Shown: positions 8,368 through 16,892, counted from the first letter of the stretch. The stretch is DNA of 32,000 bases from Nostoc sp. PCC 7120 = FACHB-418 (GCF_000009705.1 NC_003240.1:60001-92000), one strand, 5' to 3'. The notes: generated by a model from the sequence alone, not told the origin. A program made the numbers and translations.

Positions 8368-9150
8368 ATGAAAAATAAATCCGCTTCTCGCAAGCCCAGA
8401 CTTAATAAAAAGCAAAGGGCTTGGGTAAACTCATTCCTTTCGTCTCATCCTAATGCCAGAGTTAGAACTATCTACGAATTAGATGGCGATCGCGTAGTTC
8501 AAATTGAGTGGTGGGAAAACACAAACCCAGTAATATTAGACCCAAAAACTTACATCCAAGGAATTATCAGCTACAACATGTGGGTCAAACTAAGAAAGTC
8601 TGGCGACCCCAGGAAAACAGCTGAGTTTTCTTATCGCATTACCCCACCAGAAAAACGAAGTGCATCATGGCACTTAACAGGTCAACTCTCTCTAGAACTT
8701 CCCCAATGTTACGAAGTTACAGAACCAAACAACCCAGTTATCATTAAACCAAAAAGGAGAAATGCTCAAACCAAAAAAGTTAAAAAATTTCTTCAATATA
8801 CTCTTCCTTTATCAGAAATTAGTGTTCAACTTCATACTACAAATATAGAAGATAATGGTGTTACTCTATCTGGACAAGAAATATTACTAGAAAACACATC
8901 GCAGCTAAATTTAGATACTGGTAAAGACACTAAACTTCCCGAAGCTATAGTCAAAAGTCTCTCAGAGAAACAAGCCGACTTAAAGGAATGGGAAACAGCC
9001 ATTACACTATACGAGGTAGCTGGTTATAGTGGAGTAATAGAGTATCTTCAACAGTTAGATTCTTGGCGCAAATACTTGGGTAATAAACCAGTAGATAACC
9101 ATATTGATAAAGACTCAATTCAAAATTTCGTACAACCAGTACAAACTTAA
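8368..9150 (+). CDS. hypothetical protein (260 aa) with a basic N-terminus and an internal QLSLEL
   Basis: Long ORF between polB and holA, followed by a good terminator. No family recognised. Confidence 0.55.
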   Translation: MKNKSASRKPRLNKKQRAWVNSFLSSHPNARVRTIYELDGDRVVQIEWWENTNPVILDPKTYIQGIISYNMWVKLRKSGDPRKTAEFSYRITPPEKRSASWHLTGQLSLELPQCYEVTEPNNPVIIKPKRRNAQTKKVKKFLQYTLPLSEISVQLHTTNIEDNGVTLSGQEILLENTSQLNLDTGKDTKLPEAIVKSLSEKQADLKEWETAITLYEVAGYSGVIEYLQQLDSWRKYLGNKPVDNHIDKDSIQNFVQPVQT

Positions 9151-9194
9151 GTAAGTGTTTACTGGTCACACATAATAAATGCCAAGCAAGCAGA

Positions 9195-9222
9195 AAGAGT
9201 TAATACTAACTCTTCTTTTTTT
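9195..9222 (+). terminator. rho-independent terminator
   Basis: AAGAGTTA-ATAC-TAACTCTT stem-loop followed by a T7 run. Confidence 0.65.
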
Positions 9223-9273
9223 AACCACTGCTTATAACTAACGCATGATAATTAGATGTTTATCTAACTTGTA

Positions 9274-10233
9274 ATGCCAGTATACCTATACTACGGCGAA
9301 GATACCTATTCGCTCAATCAAAAAATTAACCATTTGGTGAATCAAAATGTTCATGCTGAATGGAAAGATTTCAACTACATCAAGCTATCTGGAAATGAGA
9401 AAAATATCACTGCCAAGGTTTTTACTGAGGTTATGACTTTGCCCTTTGGAGATGGTAACAAAATTGTTCATACAGACAGCGATCATTTAATTGAAAGTTT
9501 ATCAAATGAGGATAATAACCAAGAACTTGAAAATCAACTTTCTCGAATACCTGCAAGTAACATTCTTTTAATTGCTAGTAACAAAAAGCCAGATTCCCGC
9601 AGAACAGTAGTAAAAACTATCCTAAAATATGCTCAACAAGAAGAGTTTCCTCTCGTTCCTTGTTGGGATAAAAAGGGGATAGTTAATTTGATAGGAAAGT
9701 ATGCAGCTATCCATCAAGTTAAACTTACACCGGATGTGACTGATTATCTAGTCGAAGCAATTGGTAATAACACTGCAAGAGCCGATAGCGAATTTGCTAA
9801 ACTTGCTGTCTATGCAATTGAAAAAATTATTTCCCTTGAGGAAATAAAACAATTAGTTAGTAATCACAATACTGACTACCAAAAGCTTACTATTGCTATG
9901 TTAAGGAATCATTCAAACTTGGCAATAGCACAAGTGGATAAACTACTAGATAGTAATGAACATCCACTCAAAATAGTAGCAACTATTACGTCAATTTTTC
10001 GTACTTGGCTAATAACTAAAGCTGGCGTAGAAGCTAAGTTATCTGACATGAAGATTGCAGAAATAGCCGAATTGAAGAACCCTAAAAGATTGTATTACCT
10101 CAAAGATGAAATCAAGTTTGTAGGCGTTCAAAAACTGAAAAATAGCCTTACCTTACTTTTACAACTCGAAACGGAACTCAAAAGCGGCACTAACAATTTA
10201 ACTAGCCGAATTATCGAAATTTGCACGATATGA
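9274..10233 (+). CDS. holA: DNA polymerase III delta subunit
   Basis: The N-terminus MPVYLYYGEDTYSLNQKI and the LVEAIGNNTARADSEFAKLAVYA segment match the HolA pattern, as does the length (319 aa). Its stop overlaps the holB start. Confidence 0.8.
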   Translation: MPVYLYYGEDTYSLNQKINHLVNQNVHAEWKDFNYIKLSGNEKNITAKVFTEVMTLPFGDGNKIVHTDSDHLIESLSNEDNNQELENQLSRIPASNILLIASNKKPDSRRTVVKTILKYAQQEEFPLVPCWDKKGIVNLIGKYAAIHQVKLTPDVTDYLVEAIGNNTARADSEFAKLAVYAIEKIISLEEIKQLVSNHNTDYQKLTIAMLRNHSNLAIAQVDKLLDSNEHPLKIVATITSIFRTWLITKAGVEAKLSDMKIAEIAELKNPKRLYYLKDEIKFVGVQKLKNSLTLLLQLETELKSGTNNLTSRIIEICTI

Positions 10234-11105
10234 AAAACGACTTATTTACAGAAATCATCGGACAGCATACCGCCAAACTTCTACTAACTGAAGCAATCGA
10301 ACGTAATCAAATTGCTCCCGCATACCTATTTAGCAACGAAGTTGAGGGAGTGGGCAAAGGAAAAATTGCTTTGGCATTTGCAAATGCAATACTCTCAAGA
10401 GGAAGTCGCTCCGCGATCGCAGGAGAATCTAAACATCTAGACATCTTACAAATCAAACCAAGCTATACCGAAAACACCTCCCAGCAGAAAGGTGTACCTG
10501 CTATTCGAGTAGAACAGGTGCGCGAGGTAATTGAATTTCTCTCAACTAGTGCAGTCGAGGGCAAGCAAAAGGTTGTGATTATCCACGAAGCAGATATGCT
10601 CAACCCTACTGCCGCTAACAAACTTCTTAAGACGCTGGAAGAACCTAAAACTGGAACGTTTATTCTGATATCATCCTATCCTCAAAAGCTATTACTCACT
10701 ATCAAGAGTAGGTGTCAAATCATACCTTTCCAAAGGTTAACTGATGAGGAGGTTATTTCTGTCCTTAAAGACCAACAGATTGAGGCAACAGAAAAAATAC
10801 TAGCTATCAGTTCGGGCAGTCCTGGTCAAGCGATCGCCAACATGACAATGTTAGCTTCCATCTCACAAGAAATCACAAGCCAACTCGAAGTACCTCCTGA
10901 CGATATCCTCAAGGCACTCAGTTTGAGTAACTGCATCTCAAGCTGGAATCACCAAACGCAGTTATGGTTGCTTACCTACCTGCAATACAACTGGTGGCAG
11001 AAATTAAAAAGCACTATGCTACTAGCCAAATTCACTCAAGCAAGAAAGCAATTGCTGCATCACGTTACTCCTAGAAGCGTTTGGGATAGCCTACTTCTGC
11101 CATAG
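10230..11105 (+). CDS. holB: DNA polymerase III delta' subunit
   Basis: IIGQHTAKLLLTEAIERNQIAPAYLF, a degenerate P-loop, KVVIIHEADMLNPTAANKLLKTLEEP, and SRC (KSRCQIIPF). The ATG at 10230 overlaps the holA TGA (ATGA). Confidence 0.85.
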   Translation: MKNDLFTEIIGQHTAKLLLTEAIERNQIAPAYLFSNEVEGVGKGKIALAFANAILSRGSRSAIAGESKHLDILQIKPSYTENTSQQKGVPAIRVEQVREVIEFLSTSAVEGKQKVVIIHEADMLNPTAANKLLKTLEEPKTGTFILISSYPQKLLLTIKSRCQIIPFQRLTDEEVISVLKDQQIEATEKILAISSGSPGQAIANMTMLASISQEITSQLEVPPDDILKALSLSNCISSWNHQTQLWLLTYLQYNWWQKLKSTMLLAKFTQARKQLLHHVTPRSVWDSLLLP

Positions 11106-11130
11106 CAAAATACACTCATTATCAAAAAGC

Positions 11131-11170
11131 ACTGCCAGTTAGAAGTATTTCTAGCTGGCAGTATTTGTTT
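11131..11170 (+). terminator. candidate terminator after holB
   Basis: An ACTGCCAG...CTGGCAGT stem followed by ATTTGTTT. Confidence 0.45.
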
Positions 11171-11183
11171 ACACATAAAAGAT

Positions 11184-11855
11184 ATGAACCAGCAACACAG
11201 TTTATTCAATGTCGAAGAAACCATCCGCAACAGTAAAAACCAAAAAACCAGCGAAATATTAAACCCTAGCACTAGAAAGATACTTCAGTTACTAACCAGT
11301 CAAGGGATTAACAAAGCTGTAACAGCCAGCCTACTCGATCTAGCAGGAGCAAGTCGTGAAATTGTTCAATACATCGCTGGGCCAATTGTCACTCAGCAGA
11401 ACGGCTGGCAACAGTCAATTCCCACTTGGGTTTGGCGCGCGATCGCAGTTGATAGATTAGACGCAGCTTTACAAGAGATAGACAAGGGAGAAGTAGGTAA
11501 ACTCGCCTCTAGCAGCGAAGTCGTTGCACTGATGATGCCAATTGCTTTTGAAGTGCCGCTATCATCTGAATGGACAGATGTTTATCTCTGGGCAAGTTAT
11601 GATGCCCTCGTTAGGCACAGACCTTTCAAGAATTTTAACTATGAAAACCTCTGGGAGAAGATTGGTACAACTCCGGTTTCGTATGACAAAATTCGCTCTG
11701 ATTATGAAACCCTTGCTGCTGATATTCGTTCTCGTGTAGTCAAACACGCGGCGAAAGAGGGATGGGGTAAGAAGTCTTCAAATAACAACAAACACCCTGT
11801 TACAGCAAATTCAACTGAAAGTAATACGAAGATGGAGCAATTGTCACTGTTTTAA
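11184..11855 (+). CDS. hypothetical protein (223 aa) ending in the clamp-binding pentapeptide QLSLF
   Basis: ORF directly after holB. The C-terminus is ...NTKMEQLSLF, and the N-terminus MNQQHSLFNV carries a second motif-like peptide. Confidence 0.6.
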   Translation: MNQQHSLFNVEETIRNSKNQKTSEILNPSTRKILQLLTSQGINKAVTASLLDLAGASREIVQYIAGPIVTQQNGWQQSIPTWVWRAIAVDRLDAALQEIDKGEVGKLASSSEVVALMMPIAFEVPLSSEWTDVYLWASYDALVRHRPFKNFNYENLWEKIGTTPVSYDKIRSDYETLAADIRSRVVKHAAKEGWGKKSSNNNKHPVTANSTESNTKMEQLSLF

Positions 11856-11858
11856 TAA

Positions 11859-12554
11859 CTAATTGTTAGTACTTTTTTCAACACTCCTCCCAAATTCCTT
11901 CCTCTCTTTGTCCGTGAGAGGAGGAAGTTCTTCCTTGTAATAAAAATTGCCTAATTTCTGACACTGATTGACATAAATTCGTCTTGCTGAATCACTTGCC
12001 CCCAAGTCCTGACGCAAAAGTAATTTAAATGATTTTTCATGCTCCTTCAATTCTTTTGCTGCTACAATAATTTCTGGTGATACGGCAGGATTTTCATAAG
12101 TAGAAGAAAGTTCCTCACTTGATGAATAAACGCTTAGTCTATTGCCAGCAGGTTGTGTTAGAAAACGCTGAGTATTATACGAACGCCATAGACCTAATTT
12201 TTCGCGCTGTAGTGACTCAATTTCAACCTCACCAACTCGGTCTGGAGTACTGCGCCGCACGTAGAGAAAACAAGCTTTATCAGCCGCTACAGTCAAACTT
12301 ACTTTTACACCATTACCATCAAAATAAAACGAGTCAATTAAGTCGTTTTCTGCACTAATTTCTCCAAGCTTCTCTTTATTTGATAAATCAGGTAACACTT
12401 CTGAATTTAACGACGGCGTAGCATTATTAACATTAGCTGAGGATAATGAAGGTGTAGGTGAAGGATTCGATTCTATAGCTGAAACTTTATTTTCTTTTTC
12501 TGGAGATGAACATCCAACCAGTAAGAATAATCCTATAAATAAGTATATTTTCAT
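11859..12554 (-). CDS. lipoprotein of unknown function
   Basis: MKIYLFIGLFLLVGCSS gives a signal peptide and an LVGC lipobox. The ATG at 12554 is preferred to the TTG at 12581. Confidence 0.6.
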   Translation of the reverse strand: MKIYLFIGLFLLVGCSSPEKENKVSAIESNPSPTPSLSSANVNNATPSLNSEVLPDLSNKEKLGEISAENDLIDSFYFDGNGVKVSLTVAADKACFLYVRRSTPDRVGEVEIESLQREKLGLWRSYNTQRFLTQPAGNRLSVYSSSEELSSTYENPAVSPEIIVAAKELKEHEKSFKLLLRQDLGASDSARRIYVNQCQKLGNFYYKEELPPLTDKERKEFGRSVEKSTNN

Positions 12555-12595
12555 AAATATAAATTTGTCTTTATTAACCAACAGCAGAATATTAA

Positions 12596-13771
12596 TTATT
12601 GTTTTCCATTCAAACGACCTGTTTGATAAAAATCAAGCAGGTTAGGGAAAGCTTTTTGTAGCAACCAGTTCCGCCCAATTTCTGATTCGGGAATATTTGA
12701 AGCAGCCATGTAATAACCACTTCTGTAAGCAGCTACACCCAAACAAGCTTGTAGGCTGGATATAGCCCGTGAAGAAGCTGGAATATCCATCAAATCTTGT
12801 ATATGACTGGGATGATAATTTTGTCCTGCCACCAAAAAATAAACTAAAGTATGAACCAACCGGGATAAAATTACTGTTCGGTCTTGCCAACGCTCTAAAT
12901 GAGACTTGATACAGAAGTAATCAGGTAAATCAGCTGCTTGAGATTGATCAAGGAATAAATCGCTTTGGCTTTCGATAAAACTAGAATCCAGACCTATAAA
13001 CTGTTTTAGAAAAACAAGCGTTTTGCCCCAACGTTCGTGTTCCTTAGTTTCAGGAGAGAACGCACCTTCTGAATATTGTGAGCCATACTTTTCTTGAAGC
13101 TGTACAACTGCCTCTTGATTGATATCACCTTGCCAGTCAGATTTAGCAAAAAATTTTTTGAAAATATCTTTCAAATAAATGGATGAAAATTCACTAATAT
13201 CCGGTGCTTCATCATCAAAATCGTCTTCATAAGTATCAATAAGAAATTTCTCTAACTCGATTTCTAGCTCTCGTTTTCTATTAACTGGCAGTAATGATTT
13301 AGCATCTTCTAATGATAAAGGAAAATCTAAATAAGGATGTCCTTTAGCTAAGTAAGAATCACCCAAATCTGTCAAACTTTTTAGCGCAATAGTCCGGGCA
13401 AAATACTCATCTTGTGGATGTACGCATATCCCATCTAATTCCTTATCCACCAACATCATAGTAATTGCCAGTAGAGCAAACCATGAAGCATCGTGCAAAC
13501 AAGTTGGTAAATCAGTAACTAAATCTACTAACTTCAGTTCTAGGATTTCTCCCCAAACGCCTATCCTAGCGGTATTGGAAACATCACAAAAATGCTCGAC
13601 CTCTTCTCCAACAGATGTTTCTCCTAACCACGTAAGATTTTCTACTTGCAAAGGAGAGGAGTAGTCAGGAGTTAGCTGGTTTTGGCTGTCTTCATCGAAC
13701 TGTATCCACATCAAAGCCAAGAGCATCAGCTTACAAATACTTACTCGCTTCAAGAGAAGATATTCAAGCAT
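12596..13771 (-). CDS. hypothetical protein (391 aa)
   Basis: Long ORF with an ATG start. No family recognised. Confidence 0.55.
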   Translation of the reverse strand: MLEYLLLKRVSICKLMLLALMWIQFDEDSQNQLTPDYSSPLQVENLTWLGETSVGEEVEHFCDVSNTARIGVWGEILELKLVDLVTDLPTCLHDASWFALLAITMMLVDKELDGICVHPQDEYFARTIALKSLTDLGDSYLAKGHPYLDFPLSLEDAKSLLPVNRKRELEIELEKFLIDTYEDDFDDEAPDISEFSSIYLKDIFKKFFAKSDWQGDINQEAVVQLQEKYGSQYSEGAFSPETKEHERWGKTLVFLKQFIGLDSSFIESQSDLFLDQSQAADLPDYFCIKSHLERWQDRTVILSRLVHTLVYFLVAGQNYHPSHIQDLMDIPASSRAISSLQACLGVAAYRSGYYMAASNIPESEIGRNWLLQKAFPNLLDFYQTGRLNGKQ

Positions 13772-14006
13772 AAGTCATTACTTATAATTTTTAGATACAT
13801 ACCACGACATTTGCAATCCCACCATAGCACAGGATAATTAGCCGTTCCTTAGTAAAAACCGCAATGCTATGAGAAACAGAAATAAAAAATAACTCATAAG
13901 TATGAAGCAAAAAGTGTGCTTTAAATAAAACAATTCGTCAAAATGATAAATCCTAAAAGAACTAATGCTGACGCAGCAATAAAAGAAATATATCAATTCT
14001 CGCGTT

Positions 14007-14390
14007 ATGAACTATATCAACAAAGTCATGCTAGTTGGCAGATGTGGACAAGAACCTGATCTGAAATTTTTCGAGTCGGGTGCAGTTAAGGCTTCAATCT
14101 CTATTGCAGTAAGACCGCCCTACAGAAGTGAACAAGCCCTTTGGTTTGATTTAGTCGCTTGGGGAAATCAAGCAGAAGTGATTGGAAATTACGTTCGTAA
14201 AGGAACTCAGATTGCAATTACTGGTGAGTTTGGATTTGATCGTTGGGCTGATAAAAATTCTGGCACTATGCGACAAAAACCTGTAATCACAATCAACACC
14301 ATCGAATTATTAGGTTCACCCCGTAAAGAAGAATCTACATCCACTTCTGCACCAAACGAAACACAGGCTGTAGCTAACGCAAATTTCTAG
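14007..14390 (+). CDS. ssb: single-stranded DNA-binding protein, short form lacking the acidic C-terminal tip
   Basis: OB-fold pattern NKVMLVGRCGQEPDLKFF...WFDLVAWGNQAEVIGNYVRKGTQIAITGEF. It ends ...AVANANF, with no Gly-rich linker and no D-D-D-I-P-F type tip. Confidence 0.85.
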   Translation: MNYINKVMLVGRCGQEPDLKFFESGAVKASISIAVRPPYRSEQALWFDLVAWGNQAEVIGNYVRKGTQIAITGEFGFDRWADKNSGTMRQKPVITINTIELLGSPRKEESTSTSAPNETQAVANANF

Positions 14391-14400
14391 AAAATTACAA

Positions 14401-14430
14401 ATCGCCTATGCAGTATAAATCATAGGCGAT
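14401..14430 (+). other. perfect 10-bp hairpin between ssb and the next ORF
   Basis: ATCGCCTATG, a 10-nt loop, then CATAGGCGAT. No T-run follows. Confidence 0.3.
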
Positions 14431-14463
14431 TAACCATCTAATCAATCTACAAATCAAACGACC

Positions 14464-14883
14464 ATGATTCATAATACTGCAACTATTAATCTTAAATCAG
14501 TGAACACAACCCACGACAAAGAAGGTTCCTTGATTGCTTTTGGGATTGCTGAATTCTACTACCGTTCCAAGGAAGGAGTCGTTACTGACGAGATACCATT
14601 CCGTTCCAAGGGCGCACCTGCTGTCGTTATCAACGAACAGGGGGAAGGCGTACATGGTACAGCAGAAGGATATCTTGATTTAGTGGTAGATAACAGGGGT
14701 GAGTACAAAGAAAAGATTGCCACATTCGTAATTAAAAACTTTATCTCAGCACAACCGATTAACGAACTTACCCAAGTTAGCAAAAACTCTCACTCGCCTG
14801 AAACTCCCGATTTTGCCAAGGAACTACTCGAAGATAACGTTACTTCGACAAATGAAGACCTAGACGAAGAACCTCCATTTTAG
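14464..14883 (+). CDS. hypothetical protein (139 aa) ending in an SSB-like acidic tip (DLDEEPPF)
   Basis: ORF directly downstream of ssb. Its C-terminus NEDLDEEPPF resembles the SSB interaction tip. Confidence 0.6.
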   Translation: MIHNTATINLKSVNTTHDKEGSLIAFGIAEFYYRSKEGVVTDEIPFRSKGAPAVVINEQGEGVHGTAEGYLDLVVDNRGEYKEKIATFVIKNFISAQPINELTQVSKNSHSPETPDFAKELLEDNVTSTNEDLDEEPPF

Positions 14884-14902
14884 AACCAACTAACTGAATA
14901 AT

Positions 14903-14948
14903 GCTAGTCCAGACAGGTTTACTGGTTTGAACTAGCGTTATTTTTTTC
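14903..14948 (+). terminator. rho-independent terminator
   Basis: A GCTAGTCCAG...CTGG...ACTAGC stem followed by a T8 run. Confidence 0.6.
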
Positions 14949-15020
14949 AAAAATCCAAAATAAAAATCCACTGTTTGGTAGAATCGCTGACATGGGTTCA
15001 CAAAATCGCTTCATTAATAT

Positions 15021-15791
15021 ATGTCATCAACCAAAATAATTGCCACTTTCAATCAGTCAGGTGGTGCAGCTAAGACAACTATTACACACAATCTTGGATA
15101 CCACCTTGCTAAAAAACATCGTGTACTGCTTGTGGATATGGACCCACAAGCATCACTAACAGCTTTTATGGGATTAGGAGAAGTCAAGCTGCAAACTGAA
15201 CAAACTATCTATGGCGCGATCGCTGAAGAAACTCCCCTCTATGTATGGGAAAAACCCATTTACGGGATGCACCTTGTGCCTACAAATATACAATTGGCAG
15301 GTACGGAGCAAAAAATTTTCCATGACCTGACCATCGACAACCGCCAACGGCTCAAGTTTGCACTCTCAAATGTACTTGACCAGTATGATTATATTTTGAT
15401 TGATTGTCCGCCTTCTCTAGGAATCCTAAGCATTATGAGCTTAGTAGCTGCTTCACACGTTATTATTCCTGTTGAGACACAATACAAGTGCTATCTTGGC
15501 ACCAATCAACTGCTAGAAACAATTGCCCGGCTTAAAAAAGGAGGACACCAGAAATTACAAATTGCCTGTATAATTCCAACCAAATACGATAATCGTAATC
15601 TTCAAGACACAGGAATACTGGAAGAAATTAAACAACAGGTTGAAGGACGGATACATGTTACTGCCCCCATTCCTAAATCAACAGCTTTTCCTGACGCAAC
15701 CCAAGCACATCTACCACTTGCACTCCACAAAAAAAACCACCCCGCAGTTAGCATACTCGAAGAAATCACAAAATATATCACTCAACTATGA
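15021..15791 (+). CDS. parA: ParA-family partition ATPase with a deviant Walker A lacking the signature lysine
   Basis: IIATFNQSGGAAKTTITHNLG (Walker A), LLVDMDPQ, ILIDCPPSLG. Its end overlaps the parB start by 4 nt. Confidence 0.9.
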   Translation: MSSTKIIATFNQSGGAAKTTITHNLGYHLAKKHRVLLVDMDPQASLTAFMGLGEVKLQTEQTIYGAIAEETPLYVWEKPIYGMHLVPTNIQLAGTEQKIFHDLTIDNRQRLKFALSNVLDQYDYILIDCPPSLGILSIMSLVAASHVIIPVETQYKCYLGTNQLLETIARLKKGGHQKLQIACIIPTKYDNRNLQDTGILEEIKQQVEGRIHVTAPIPKSTAFPDATQAHLPLALHKKNHPAVSILEEITKYITQL

Positions 15792-16735
15792 GCCAAAAAC
15801 GCGAACTAGAAAAACTCACCGGACTCGATAATTTATTTGGAGACGAAGAAGAACAATCCTTATCCGATTCCACTTTACCTTTATCCCAAATCATCCTTCC
15901 GCCGAGTCAGCCCCGTCGCTATTTTGACCCTGTAAAACTCAAATCGCTCGCCAACAGCATTAAGGAAGTGGGTTTATTAGAACCCATAGCCGTCAGAAAG
16001 ATTGAGGAAGACAAGTACGAACTTATCGCTGGTGAACGCCGTCTCAAAGCTTGTGAAATTGCAGGACTTGAGGAAATTTCTGTAGTCATTCTTGAATGTG
16101 ACGAGAAAAAAGCTCGCAAACTCCGCTTAGTTGAAAACCTCCAGAGGGAAGACCTCAACGCTTATGAGGAAACTATCGGAATTCTCGAACTACTTGCCGA
16201 AGAACTCGATCTTGACCAAGAAGCGGTGGTCTCTCTTCTATATCAGATGAATAATGAGACAAAAGGAAATTCTAACCATAACGTTATGGTTAGTGAAGAA
16301 GCACTTGCTATACAAACAATATTCCTCCAGATAGGCAAGATATCTTGGGAATCGTTTGTATCCAACCGCCTTCCTCTACTCAAACTTCCTCAAGATATCC
16401 AAATCACCCTTGAAAAGGGTCAAATCGAGTATACAAAAGCACAAGTGATTGCACGTATCAAGGATAATAAAAAGCGGCAAAATATTTTAAAAAAAGCTAT
16501 TGAAGAAAATCTGTCATTATCTGCAATCAAAGAGTTAGTGGGGGATATTCTCCCAATTCAATCAGAAAACAAGCCGCAGTCTCCCCAGCAACAAAATAAA
16601 GAAAGAGCAAGCAAAATATACAAATCACTGCTTAAGAGCAAAATCTGGGATGACGAGAAAAAAGTAAAAAAAGTTAATCGTCTTTTTGACCAAATTGAAG
16701 CACTTTTAGAAGAAAAGAAGGAGGATGCTTCTTGA
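15788..16735 (+). CDS. parB: ParB-family partition protein
   Basis: ParB-box motifs GLLEPIAVRK and YELIAGERRLKA. The C-terminus is charged. Confidence 0.9.
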   Translation: MSQKRELEKLTGLDNLFGDEEEQSLSDSTLPLSQIILPPSQPRRYFDPVKLKSLANSIKEVGLLEPIAVRKIEEDKYELIAGERRLKACEIAGLEEISVVILECDEKKARKLRLVENLQREDLNAYEETIGILELLAEELDLDQEAVVSLLYQMNNETKGNSNHNVMVSEEALAIQTIFLQIGKISWESFVSNRLPLLKLPQDIQITLEKGQIEYTKAQVIARIKDNKKRQNILKKAIEENLSLSAIKELVGDILPIQSENKPQSPQQQNKERASKIYKSLLKSKIWDDEKKVKKVNRLFDQIEALLEEKKEDAS

Positions 16736-16892
16736 CTCGGTTTGATCCAAGAATTCAGTTCAGGTGCTCTCAAAAAAATTCCAGCTAATAGAACCTGATC
16801 AACCAAAGCCAGTTTACTCTATAAAGGCTTGTAAACAGTTTGGATGGTAATTGTCTTTAAAAGTTTTTCCAACAGTACCAATTTTACTGTTA

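Noticed and set aside
13772-14006. The intergenic region upstream of ssb, considered as a candidate oriV with iterons.
   Set aside because: I found no repeated 15-25-bp units and no DnaA-box-like clusters, only generic AT-rich promoter-like sequence.
6077-16806. Shadow ORFs opposite or within the kinase-like gene, polB, holB/ORF223, the lipoprotein, ORF391, ORF139 and parA/parB (for example 6077-6286, 6662-6871, 7349-7615, 11060-11272, 11542-11739, 11562-11747, 12119-12358, 12642-12890, 14559-14783, 15640-15831, 15919-16158, 16558-16806).
   Set aside because: Same reasons as above: they overlap stronger genes and carry no independent signals.
16736-16892. Imperfect inverted repeats between convergent parB and the histidine kinase (GGTTTGATC...GATCAACC; GTTTAC...GTAAAC), considered as parS or a terminator.
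   Set aside because: The stems are short and imperfect with long loops. They do not resemble the canonical parS consensus. I cannot distinguish them from chance in AT-rich DNA.
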